Positions 15,925 through 27,245 of a stretch of 64,000 nucleotides of DNA are shown here, piece after piece. The notes below the pieces were generated by a model. The model made no database searches, was not told the DNA's origin, and was given only the letters and a program-made list of their open reading frames with translations. The stretch is from NCBI RefSeq assembly GCF_009914755.1, contig NC_060928.1. One strand, 5' to 3'. The position numbers and the translations under genes were made by a program. This DNA comes from the human T2T-CHM13v2.0 reference genome, Homo sapiens. Each line of letters begins with the position of its first letter. The stretch's first letter is position 1.

Positions 15925-16410
15925 ATTTTATTCACTCAATAATTACCTATCGAGTCAGTCTATGTATCATCCATAGATCGATCTATGTATCTCAGACATC
16001 ATGCTAAGTGCTGGATAACTAAATATATAATTTCTAGTCACGTGAGAAAGGCTACGGAGCTGGAGAATCAGTCAACAGAAAAAAATGAAAAATAAAACAA
16101 CACAGCACAGCATTACAGAATATGAGAATATGTAATCACTATAAATAAACCAATGCAATTTTGTATGTTGCACTTTCATTTATAAAGTAACAGGGATGAG
16201 GAATTAGGTTGGGGAGTATACTTATAGGTTTCGCAGAGAAGACCCAGCTGTAGAAATGGTCTTTCTGGAAACCAGATGATGAAAAAGAGCTGATCATGCA
16301 GGAACAGAGAAATTGACCTGGAGTATGTAAACAGCTCATCTAAAGGTCTTGAAGCTGAAAAGGGCTTGCACCATTTGAACAGAAAGTTCAATGTGCATGG
16401 ATCATAGTTC
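15925..16410 (-). mobile_element. L2 3' fragment
   Basis: TTATTCACTCAATAATTACCTATCGAG..CATGCTAAGTGCTGG and AACAGCTCATCTAAAGGTCTTGAAGC resemble reverse L2 3' end motifs. Confidence 0.6.
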
Positions 16411-16871
16411 TCATATATCTATTTGATTTATTTTCTCTCCTGCCTTTTTCTTTTATTCTCTCTTTTGTTCCAGAAATAAAGCCATACCAGTCTGATTTTT
16501 ATAATAGTTCTGTGGTTGAAGTACAATATTTTTTCAGCTTTATTGAGGTATAATTGATGAGTATCAAGTTTAAACGAGAAGAGTGAATAGGACTGGGCCA
16601 AGAGCATTTAGCTCCTTGCACTTCTAATCAAGTTGAAATACATGACCCTTTTTATATCTGAATGCTCTCCTTTATGTCTGGTTTTCCAATTAACCTTGAA
16701 TCTGTATTTAAATTTATAACTTGAATTATGTTCTTCCCTACCAGGCTTGCCCAGGAATTTTTCCAGGGAGGAAGTCTTTTCAATACAATAAGGTTTGAAT
16801 ATGAAAGGAGATGTAGATAAGATCTTACCTATCACAATCTGACTTGGCACTGAGGGCCTTATTATTTTGAA

Positions 16872-17045
16872 GAGAGTGTTAAGTACACAGGCTTTGTAAA
16901 GACTTGCCTGAATTTGAATTCTGCTTCAACTCCTCAGTTGCTGGATGGCCTTGTACAAATTATTAGACTTCTATCTGCATTTTCTTCATCTTTAAATAAT
17001 GCTCATATCTACTGTACGGTATAGGTATAAATAAAATGCTCATTG
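16872..17045 (+). mobile_element. MIR
   Basis: GTGTTAAGTACACAGGCTTTG..TGCCTGAATTTGAATTCTGC..TTTTCTTCATCTTTAAA. Confidence 0.7.
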
Positions 17046-17869
17046 TACTGCTTTTTATAGAGACAGAATTCAGCATATGATAGCAATTTCTTACTTTGAT
17101 TATTTGTAGATTTGTTTTTTCTAGACTATAATTCCCCTAGTTTTTTGCTTGTTTGCTTTGAAATATGCCTCATTACATAATTAACAGGGCATTCTAGCAA
17201 TCCATTAAGTGTTCAAAATCATACATTGTTTTCAATAAAATTATTAGAATTACTTTCATTATTAAACAAACTATTGATTCTTTATAGGGAAAGATATAGG
17301 AAATAGGAATAGGAAATAGGAAATATGTCAAATAGGAAAAGTTGTTAAAATAATGTAATTATAAGCACATAAATCAGAACTTTAATTCTATTAACTATCC
17401 AACAAATATCTACTAGGTATGTTCTAAGCAATTAGAAAACTGTGTTACTGTGTGTAATTATTATAAAAATATAGTTGATTTTTATTTAATCATTACAGAG
17501 TACTGCTAGATTTCTATGACATACACAATTGTATTTATTCCTTGATTCAATAAATATAATTGAGCTTTTAATATGAACTTAATATTGAGAGTATTCTAGT
17601 AGAAAATAATATTTCTCTCTTTCCCTCTCTTTCTTTCACTCTTTTTTTCTTTGGTTGTAGTAAAATAATTTTTTGGCACAGGTCTTCATGGTTAGGAGAC
17701 TAGTTATGTAGTGGCACATTGAGTAAATAAAGAAAATGAGAATAAAGAAAGGCAAGTTTATCATTGTAAAATAAAGAAGTTACACATTTATGGGGGGAAA
17801 AAAGAAGGCAAAAATAAACCTGTGATGTTGAATTTGAATGGATATATATGTGCCAATTCATGGTTTAAC

Positions 17870-18001
17870 ATCTATCTATCTGTCTATCTATCTATCTATC
17901 ATCTATCTATCTATCTATCTGTGTGTGTTTGTGTGTGTGTGTGTATTTGTACCATATAAATGTGCATGTGCATGTGTGTGTGTATACACATATATATATA
18001 T
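17870..18001. repeat. Compound (TCTA)n/(TG)n/(TA)n microsatellite
   Basis: Direct reading. Confidence 0.92.
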
Positions 18002-18014
18002 TATTGATCTTGTT

Positions 18015-18142
18015 AAAAATTCATCCTGTTTGGGCCCTAATTGAAGAGGACAAATGAGTAATGGCACTAACACTAACTAATAGAAATGTCTGTAGCTAAT
18101 AGAAATGTCTGTAGTTTTAGCTACAGACATTTCTATTGGTTC
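18015..18142 (+). mobile_element. Internal HSMAR2 fragment with direct and inverted 19-21 bp duplications
   Basis: AAAAATTCATCCTG..GCCCTAATTGAAGAGGACAAAT..ATGGCAC..AGACATTTCTATTGGTTC parallels 19285-19398. Confidence 0.75.
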
Positions 18143-18285
18143 TCTCTCTCTCTCCCATGCGCGCGTGTGTGTATGTGAATATAAAAATGTTTGTGTATTA
18201 TTTTTCCCTCATAAATGGATGTACACAATCTGTCATTGTGGGATTCACCTTCAACATACTCTAGTCACCTTTTAAAATGAGTATC

Positions 18286-18711
18286 TTATAGCAAAGACTT
18301 GGAACCAACCAAAATGTTCATCAGTGACAGACTGGATAAAGAAAATATGGCACATATACACCATGGAATACTATGCAGCCATAAAAAAGATGAGTTCATG
18401 TCCTTTGCAGGGACGTGGATGAAGCTGGAAGCCATCATTCTCAGCAAATGAGCACAAGAACAGAAAACCAAACACCGCATGTTCTCACTCATAAGTGGGA
18501 GTTGAACAATAACACATGGACACAGGGAGGGGAACATCACATACCATGGCCTGTCAGAGGGTGGGGAGCTAGGGAAGGGATAGTATTAGGAGAAATACCT
18601 AAGGTGAGTGACGAGTTGATGGGTGCAGCAAACCACCATGGCACATGTATACCTACGTAACAAAACTGCATCTTCTGCACATGTAGCCCAGACCTTAAAG
18701 TATAATTTTAA
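18286..18711 (+). mobile_element. 5'-truncated L1PA (L1PA7/8-like) 3' end
   Basis: ATAGCAAAGACTTGGAACCAACC...GTGCAGCAAACCACCATGGCAC...CTTAAAGTATAAT; TSD AAAATGAGTATC at 18274 and 18712. Confidence 0.93.
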
Positions 18712-18797
18712 AAAATGAGTATCCTTTTATAAATGGCTGATTTCTATTGGTTCTCTCTCTCTCTACATATACATACACACACATATATCTGTATATA

Positions 18798-19830
18798 TGA
18801 GGGCCTTTAAAAAGTTCACAGGGGCCCAGACTTCACCACTACACAGTGTATCCATGTAACAAAACTGTACTTGTACCACTTAAATTTATAAAAAACAAAA
18901 CTCATGGAAACATACATATTTAAAAAAAAACTATGCATGGATTTAAAAATATTTTTGGCATCAAAATAAACTTATACTAACTTATTATAACATATCAGAA
19001 CAGGATCAGCTTGGAGGCCCTAATAAGGATAAGATATCAGTTTAAAAATAGCCGCTATCAGAGCAACATGAATTCTGCTAAAATTGAAGCAAGAAGAAAC
19101 CCCAAATTTATGGTGAAGCTTGGGGGAAAAAATGATGAAATCGTTGATGCTTTACAAAAAGTTTAAAGGGACAAAGTCCTGAAAAAATCAACCATTTACA
19201 AAAGGATACTTATTTTAAGAAGGGACCAGATGATATTGAAGGTGAAGCCCACAGCAACAAATTATTCAACCCGTTTGTAAGGAAAAAAAATTCATCTTGA
19301 TTGTGCCCTAATTGGAGAGGACAAATTATTTATGGCACAAAACATATTAAATAAATAAAATATAAATAGCCAATGCCATAGACATTTCTATTTGTTCAGC
19401 TTACACAATTCTGACTAAAACATTAAAATTGAGCAAAGTTTCCACTTGATGGGTACCAAAACTGTTACACTCAGCTGCAGACAGGAGCAAAGCTTTCAAT
19501 GGGAATTTTAAACAAATGGATTCAAGATCTCGAAGCATTTCTTTGAAGAATTGTAACAGGAGAGGAGACACGGCTTTACCAATACAATTCTCAAGAAAAA
19601 GCACAATCAAAGCAATGGCTACCAAGATGTGGAGGTGGTCCAGTCAAAGCAAAAGCAGACCAGTCAAGAGCAAAGACCATGGTGATAGTTTCCTGAGATG
19701 CTCAAGGCATTTGCCTTGTTGGCTTTCTGGGGAGACAAAGAATGAAAACATTTGCTTATTATGAGAGTGTTTTCAGGAAGTTAGCCAAAGCTCTAGCAAA
19801 AACATGCCCGGAATACTATTCTCCACCAAC
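18798..19830 (+). mobile_element. HSMAR2 mariner DNA transposon, 3'-truncated, with decayed transposase
   Basis: TA + left TIR (TGAGGGCCTTTAAAAAGTTCA..TGGAAA); ATG at 19068 reads MNSAKIEARRNPKFMVKLG; TGATGGGTACC/AAA is a decayed WVP-type linker; frameshifts and stops present; no right TIR. Confidence 0.92.
18823..18896 (+). mobile_element. Short L1PB/L1MA 3' tip inserted in the HSMAR2 left TIR
   Basis: GCCCAGACTTCACCACTACACAGTGTATCCATGTAACAAAACTGTACTTGTACC..TAAATTTATAAAAAA. Confidence 0.82.
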
Positions 19831-19834
19831 AAGG

Positions 19835-20520
19835 ATCAAGACTCCTGGAGGAGTAGTTGGTTCCAGAAATAGAGAGGGAAAATACCAGAATCTAAGGAAT
19901 TGCTCACAGAACAATTACATCAAAAGGACACAGGAAACAGCTTGAAGAGAGTCTCACTGATATAATTTGCAATAATTTGATCATTAAAATAAAGCAAGGT
20001 AGTAAAAAATGTTAAATCACTGAATACAATTAGAATGCATAAAATCATACTAACATACATTGAAAATGAATAAACACCTAAATAAAAAAAATAAGAAAAT
20101 CTTTGCCTTACAGTGGAATACCAGTAAATACAGAATAAATGGTACAATTAGGAATTCACTGTTAGGAAATTATCATAGTAATAATTGTATCAGGCAAGTA
20201 AGAATGGGTATTAAAATGAGGGATAAAAATTTTATGAAGGAAAAGATGTTTCTCCTCACAAAATATTTATCAATTACTTGTTAGTTAATAAGTCCAAAAT
20301 AATTATTACTTTTACAGGGAGAAACCTTATAAATACCATTTTAATTTAGCAATAAATGTTAACATCACCAACCATAGGAAAAATCAGCATTGTGCATTTC
20401 CTATATGAAGCACTGAGAAGAACCCAGCAATCCTTCCATGATGTTTCTTACAAATCCTCATTTTCTGAACATAACTGTGAAGAAATATCCACACCAATAT
20501 GAACCGACAGACATTCAAAA
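19835..20520 (+). mobile_element. L1MC-type 3' UTR fragment
   Basis: TTACTTTTACAGGGAGAAACCT..AATGTTAACATCACCAA..GCACTGAGAAGAAC is typical of L1MC4/5. Confidence 0.6.
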
Positions 20521-20594
20521 ACGTTGTTTATTTTATCTTTAACATTTTGCTTGTAAGAAATTGCCAGTCTCCCAAAGTGGTGTTTCTTACAACT

Positions 20595-21552
20595 TCTTTT
20601 TAGAGATATATAATAATTTTACATTTGTGTGAAGTACATGTAATATTCTGATAGATACATGCATATAGGGTGTCATAGTCAAATCAAGGTATTAAGATAT
20701 TTATTACCTCAAATATTTAACATTTCTTTGTGTTGGAGATATTTCAAATTTTCTCTTCTAGCTATTTTGAAATATGCAGTAAATTATTGTTAACTATTGT
20801 CACCCTACTGTGCTATCAAACACTAGAACTTATTACAGACTCTATCTGTATGTTTGTATCCATTACCCAACCTCTCTTTATCTCCACACTCCAAGTCTCT
20901 CCAGCCTCTGGGAACCATCATTCCACTCTCCATATCCACAAGATCAACTTTCTTAGCTCCCATATGAGTGAGAACATGCACTATTTGTCTCTTAGTAACT
21001 GGCTTATTTATTTAATATAATGACCTCCAGTTTCCATCTATGTTGCTGCAAATGACAAGATTTCATTCTTTTTATAGTAGAATAATATTCAATTGTGTAA
21101 ATATACTTTATTTTCTGTATCCATTCTTCCATTGCTGGAGACTTACATTGATTTCGTATCTTGGCTATCGTGAAAAGTGCTGTAAAAAACATGGGAGTGG
21201 AGTTATTCCTTTGACATATTGATTTCCTTTACTTTGCATAATGCCCAGTAGTGGGATTGCTGGATGAAATGGCGGTTCTAATTTTAGTTTTTTAATTTTT
21301 TTGAAAAATCTCCATTTTTTTCATAATGGCTGTACTAATTTATATTTCCAGAAACAGTGTATGAGGGTCCCTCTTTTCCACAACCTTGCCAACATCTGTG
21401 TTTGTTGTTTTTTTTATATGAGCCATTCTAATTGGGGTGAGATCATATTTCTTTGTGGTTTTGATTTGCATTTCCCTGATGATTAGTAGTGTCGCTCATT
21501 TTCTCATATACCTGTTGGCCTTTTGTATGTCTTCTTTTGAAAAATGTCTTAT
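20595..21552 (-). mobile_element. L1MA 3' end (L1MA4/5-like)
   Basis: TTCTAGCTATTTTGAAATAT..TTGTTAACTATTGTCACCCTACTGTGCTATCAAACACTAGAAC; CCCAGTAGTGGGATTGCTGGAT. Confidence 0.9.
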
Positions 21553-21568
21553 AACTTAATAAATTTTA

Positions 21569-23720
21569 CTTCTGGAAATCCTTGCCAGAGCAATCAGGCA
21601 AGAGAAAAAAATAAAAGGCATCCAAATTAGAAAAGAAGGCATCAAATTATTCCTGTTCATGGATGATATAATCTTATACCTAGAAAACCCTGAAGACTCC
21701 ACCAAAAATCTGTTAGATTTGATAAATAAATTTAGTAAAGTTTTAGGATACAAAATTAATGTACAGAAATTAGTAGTGTACAGAAATTAATGTACATAAA
21801 TTTCTGCACATCAATAACGAGTCAGCTGAGGACCAAATCACAAAGGGAATCCCATTTACAATAGCTACAAAAAAACCTAGAAATATATTTAACCAAGGAA
21901 TGAAAGATCTTTACAAAAAGAACTACAAAACACTGATGAAAGAAATTGTAGATGACACAAATGGAATATCATCCCATGCTCATGGATTGAAGAAACAATA
22001 TCACTAAAATGATCACACTGCTCAAAGCAGTCTACAGATTTAACTCAATCTCTATCAAATTACCAACATTATTTCTCACAGAATTAGAAAATACAATCCT
22101 AAAATTTATGTGCAACCCAAAATAGACCAAATATCCAAAGCAATCCTAAGCCACAAAACAAAACAAAACAAACCCAAAGCTGGAAGCATCACATTACCTG
22201 ATCTCAAATTATACTACAAAGCTATAGTAAATAAAGCGGCATGATAGTAGTATAAAAGTAGACACATCGATCAATGAAACTGAATAGAAAACTCCAAAAT
22301 AAAGCCACATACCTACAACCAACTGATCTTTCACAAACTCAGTGAAAATATATACTGGGGAAAGAACACCCTATTCAATAAATCATGCTGGGAAAATTGG
22401 ATAGTCACATGCAGAAGAACAAAACCGGATTTATACTGCTCACATTACAAAAATTAACTCAAGATGGACTAAATGCTTAAATGTACAACCTAAAACTATA
22501 AAAATCCGAGAAGAGAACCTAGAAATAACTATTCTGTACATTTGCCTAGGCAAAAAAATTATCAAATTCTCAAAAGCAAACACAACACAAAACAAAAATA
22601 GACAAATGGGTCTTTATTAAACTATAAATCTGCTGTGCAACAAAAGAAACAATCAACAGTGTAAACAGACAACCTACAGGATGTGAAAAAATATTTGCAA
22701 TATATGCATCTGACAAAGGGCTAATATCCAGAATCTACAAGGAACTCAAACAACTCAACAAGAAAAAAAAAAAATCAAAAGATGGAAGCCAATAACCCTA
22801 TTATGAAGTGGACAAATGACATAAACAAACATTTTTTCAAGAGAAGACATACAAGTGACCCAAAAAAATATATCAATAAATGTTCAACATCACTAATCAT
22901 CAGAGGAATGTAAATTAAAATCACAGTAGGACATCATCTTCTATCTATCAGAATGGCTATTATTAAAATGTCAAAAAACAACAAATGTCAGTGAGGGTAT
23001 GGAGAAAAGGGAATGCTTATACACTGTTGGTGGGAATATAAATTAGTACCGTCTTTATAGAAAACAGTATGGAGATTTCTCAAAGAACTAAAAATAGAAT
23101 TACCATTCTATCCAGCGATTCCACTATTGGGTGTATACACAAAAGGAAATAAATAAATAAGTATATAAAACAATACCTGCACTCATATGCTTATCGCAGC
23201 ACTACTCACAATAGCAAAGATACGGAATCAACTTACGTGTCCACCAATGGAGGATTGGAAAAAGAAAATGAGGTATATGTATACACACATACATGCATAA
23301 ACACACACATACATGCACACACACACACCATGGAACACTACTCAGCCATATAAAAAGCATAAAATTTTGTCTTTGGCAGTAACATGGATAGAAGTGGAGA
23401 CCATTTTCCTAAGTGAAATAACTCAGAAACTTAACTGGGAGTGGTGGAGTGTGCCTGTAATCCCAGCTACTCAGTAAAATCTAATAACACATTCTCACTT
23501 AGAAGTGAGAGCTAGACAATGTGTACACATGGACGTACAAAGTGGAATAATAGATATTGGAAACTTCAAAAGGTGGGAAGGTAGAAGGAGGTTGAGGGTT
23601 GAAAAATTACCTGTTGAGTACAATATGTTCACTATTCAGGAGATGGGTGCACTCAAAGCAATAAATACATGTAAGAAATATGCACTTGTACCCTCTAAAT
23701 CTATAACCACAATAAAATGA
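21569..23720 (+). mobile_element. L1PB (L1PB2-4-like) ORF2 3' part and 3' UTR, decayed
   Basis: CTGGAAATCCTTGCCAGAGCAATCAGGCAAGAG; degenerate RT motif (FMDD); 3' UTR GGGTTGAAAAATTACCTG..GCACTTGTACCCTCTAAATCTATA. Confidence 0.92.
23431..23474 (+). mobile_element. 44-bp Alu internal fragment embedded in L1PB
   Basis: TTAACTGGGAGTGGTGGAGTGTGCCTGTAATCCCAGCTACTCAG matches the start of the Alu right monomer. Confidence 0.8.
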
Positions 23721-23789
23721 GAATTTGAAATAAAAAGTTAAAAGCAAAGCCAACAAGAAAGACGTAGACAAAATCATTACAATATGAGA

Positions 23790-24050
23790 AGAAGAATGAA
23801 GTAAATACAGAAAAGGTCACCTGGCAGAAGGCATCTACTATAGATAGATCATCAGGAAAAAGAAGAAGAAACAGTATTGATGCTGAGTTCTGAGAGATGT
23901 AGAGAGATTAGCTAGGCAAAAAGTAGAACAACCCCCCAGGCAGACAGTGTAGCATATGCAAAGGTCCTGACACAGGAGGGAATTTAGTATATTTGAGGAA
24001 GGGAAAGATTTAACATAGCTGGAACCAGGACAAAACTGAAGTTGGAGAGA
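23790..24050 (-). mobile_element. L2 fragment
   Basis: CCAGGCAGACAGTGTAGCATATGCAAAGGTCCTGA..GTATATTTGAGGAA. Confidence 0.6.
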
Positions 24051-24079
24051 AAGACAAATCAATGCATACAGCACAATTT

Positions 24080-24262
24080 GTTGATTCCTCTAGCAGATAT
24101 CATGAGGTCAGATTGAGCCTGGGACTTTCTTGGCTTCTTTCCATTTTCTACCTTGTTTCTTCTATACCTTTACTAGTTTTTCCTGAGATTATTTCCCCAA
24201 TAAACCATTTACACTTAAATCTTTGCATCAAAGTCAGTATTTGGGAATGTAACAAATCAAGC
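24080..24262 (+). mobile_element. LTR16-like ERVL LTR 3' end
   Basis: TTCCCCAATAAACCATTTACACTTAAATCTTTGCATCAAAGTCAGTATTTGGGAA resembles the LTR16 terminus. Confidence 0.5.
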
Positions 24263-24404
24263 TCTAAATCCACTGCATAAAATATAGAGATAAATAGAAT
24301 GCAATATTGTTTTTGAGATATTATTAAGGGTCAGAGAACATTATATGATTAATAAATCATAGACTTCTTAACACAAAGTCCATGGTGAGCTGGCAAAAGT
24401 TGTA

Positions 24405-24495
24405 GAGTCATAGAATTTTACAGCTGAGAGAAGCGCTTTTGAAATCATCTAATGCAAGCTTCTCATTTTACCAATGAACTGAGGCTTGAGCAATT
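24405..24495 (-). mobile_element. MIR3/MIRc fragment
   Basis: TCATAGAATTTTACAGCTG..AAATCATCTAATGCAAGCTTCTCATTTTACCAATGAACTGAGGC. Confidence 0.55.
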
Positions 24496-24527
24496 TGGGA
24501 ATTCTTATCAAGAGCTTGTCAGAAAGG

Positions 24528-24960
24528 TCATACTTTATGACCCTGTAATCCTTTCTTTATGGAACATAGCCTAGGTAAGTAGTCATAAACTCAAAGATTT
24601 ATGTATAGAGATTTTCATCTGACTATTATATAGAATAGTAAAATATTTGGAAGCCATCTAAATGTCCAAAATACGAGAAAGGGTAAACACATTACAGACT
24701 GTGTATTGGCATATTTATTAGTATAATAAAAAGGATACTCTAAGAGAATATTTAAGAGATGTGAAAAGGCTCACAATTTGAAGTGGAAAAAGCATTAAAA
24801 CAGAACCATTCATTAGAAGAAATGAAAGGAAGGTATATATCAAATTATTAATACTGGTTATCTCTGGGTACTTGATTTATATTTCCTTTTTATACCATCA
24901 TATATTTCCAAAACTTTCCAGAGTAAGCACTTGCATTACTTTTATTAGCTTTATATTTTA
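24528..24960 (+). mobile_element. L1ME 3' fragment
   Basis: TATGACCCTGTAATCC..GGAAGCCATCTAAATGTCCA..CTGGTTATCTCTGGG. Confidence 0.55.
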
Positions 24961-25934
24961 AAACATTATAAAAATAAATGCAAATTGACTATTACAGAAA
25001 AAATATGACATATTCCAAGGTCAAACTGACACATCACTCAGGGTTGGAACTTCATTTGGGAATCCTAATTTTTAATCTTGGTCTCTATTTTCCCGTAATA
25101 AAATGAGTTTTTATTAGTGGAGCAGAGAATTTCAAAAGTGAATTGTTTGGTTAAAAATTATTTAGTAACTTCCTGGCATAGGTGGACGTAGAATTAAGGA
25201 TCTAATATTTCAGGTCTTCCATTTTTGTCTTTCTCCATCTCTTCTTTTCCTTTTGTTTCTTATTTCTTGCCTCAGTTTCCTTCACTGATCTTCTATTTCA
25301 ATCTGCTTTGAGCAGCAGAATTCTCCTCAGTTTTTTTTTAATGGAATATTATCATCAGTACTTTTTCTACCTACGAGGCTGCTTGTAGTCATTTTGAAAA
25401 ATAAATAGAACCTTTTTCACTAAATAGTAGCTTAAAGAGCTTGACTTACTCAAGTAAATATCCATTGCTTGGTAGGAATGTACAAGGAGGAACAATGCGT
25501 TTGTTTCTTCCAAAGTATTTTTTCAACATAGTCCTTTGGGAAAAGGTAATATATTTACACAGGAGTCAAGAAGCTAATGAAAATAAATTTAAAATTTTCC
25601 AATAAATTATGATTATTTCAACCAAATTTTCATTTAATATTTGTGAATGTCAGAGTAAAAAGTACAAATGGGGGCCAAATAGCATATGTCTTAACGCTTA
25701 CAGGTTATAAAGCATGACAACAAATCTGAAACCTTGACAAATACATCTTTAGAGTGACTTGGAAAGACAGGTTTGAATTTAGAATTTTTGTGACCATGTG
25801 GAGTGAGCTAACCCACAGAGCCATCTCTTCCCCCTTCTAACTGCAGCTCCAGTGCTCACTGGTTAGGATCTCGTGCACACACAGTAGACAACAGGACAAG
25901 TATTTAAGTTTCATCCATACCTGCTCTAATAGCC

Positions 25935-26314
25935 TGATGTGGTTTGGCTCTGTGTCCCCACCCAAATCTTATCTCGAATTGTAATCTCCATAATCCCCAT
26001 GTGTTGAGGGAAGGACCTGGTAGGAGGAGACTGGATTCATGGGGTGGTTTCCACCATGCTTTTCTTGTGATACTGAGTGAGTTCCCATGAGATCTGATGG
26101 TTTTATAAGGGGCTCTTCCCCCTGTGCTCTTGCTCTTCTCTGTCCTGCCACCTTCTAAAGACGGTGCTGGCTTCCCCTTCACATTCCACCATGATTGTAA
26201 GTTTCCTGAGGTCTCCCCAGCCATGTGAAACTGTGAGCCAGTTAAACCTCTTTCCTTTATAAATTACCCAGTCTCTGGTATTTCTTTATGACAGTATGAA
26301 AAAGGACTAATACA
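25935..26314 (+). mobile_element. THE1D-like MaLR solo LTR
   Basis: TGATGTGGTTTGGCTCTGTGTCCCCACCCAAATC ... GGACTAATACA; full length. Confidence 0.93.
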
Positions 26315-26679
26315 TAGTATTTCCTAGGTCCTTTCATAGTTCTAGGTTTTTGAACAGGCCTAGCATAATCTGCTGTTCTGAGGATGGACTCAAAGAGGAG
26401 GTCCCTGAAGGCCTTGGAAGTTCAGGCTGTTTGGGAAGTGATTTCTGGGGTCTCAAGTATACATATGATGGCCATGTCTTCTTGGCCCTATGAATTCCTT
26501 GATTCATGGGTGGCATGTGGCCAGAAGAGTACCAAGGTGAGTTCCTCTAATGTGTGGAGCTCAGGGCTGAGCAGTTTTGCATGAGCTTAAAATTTTGTAT
26601 TTCAGGAAAATTCTCATTATCATTTACCATCTGGGTCCAATGGACACCCACCCTCTTTTTTGAGTTTTTTTTTTTCCTC

Positions 26680-27245
26680 CAACGATAACATTATTCAAAT
26701 CCATATTACAATATAATGAGTAGGATATGGATATTGACATGATGCACTGATCTTATGTAAATTTTCTTAATTTTACTTACATTTGTGCATGTGAATTTAG
26801 TTCAATCACTTTTATACTACATGCATTAATCTTCTATGACTGCCATAGCAAAATATCACAGACTGGGTAGTTTAAACAATAGAAATTTATTTTCTCGCAG
26901 TTCTGGAGGCCATTAGTTCAAGGTCAGGGTGCCAGGCTTCAGATGGCTGCCTTTTTGCTGTGTTCTCACATGGCCTTTTCTCTGTGTGTGCACAGGGAGA
27001 GAGAGAGAGCGCTGATTTTGGTGTCTCCTCTTCTTTGTATAAGGACACCAATCCTATTGGATTAGGGCCCCATACTTATAACCTCATTTAACCTGATTAC
27101 CTGCTTAAAGCCTCTATCTCTAAGCACCATCATGTTGGGGGATAGGGCTTCAACATATGAATATTAGGGGCACCCAATTCCATCTATAACAAATGTAGTT
27201 TCCACAACATACACCACCATCCTTGTCAAAATATTGAACAGTCTG
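26680..27245 (-). mobile_element. L1MC1/2-like 3' fragment interrupted by MLT1A0
   Basis: GGATATTGACATGAT..TTTAGTTCAATCACTTTTAT; continues CACCACCA..GTCAAAATATTGAACAGT after the LTR. Confidence 0.5.
26822..27191 (-). mobile_element. MLT1A0/MLT1B solo LTR
   Basis: CTGCCATAGCAAAATATCACAGACTGGG..CAGTTCTGGAGGC..AAGGACACCAATCCTATTGGATTAGGGCCCC..GGGCTTCAACATATGAAT. Confidence 0.88.

Noticed and set aside
19068-19830. Functional or domesticated mariner transposase (SETMAR-like)
   Set aside because: Multiple frameshifts and stops, an AT-rich insertion near 19345, and a missing C-terminal catalytic part and right TIR; SETMAR derives from HSMAR1, not HSMAR2
21752-21805. Repeated GTACAGAAATTA units within L1PB
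   Set aside because: Small local slippage in a dead L1 with no evident functional implication
20595-23720. Single twin-primed (5'-inverted) L1
   Set aside because: Both the minus and plus parts carry their own, different 3' UTRs (L1MA versus L1PB), so they are two independent insertions
25645-26600. Possible old hAT DNA transposon around the THE1D
   Set aside because: Looks repeat-like, but I could not identify TIRs or a family with enough confidence
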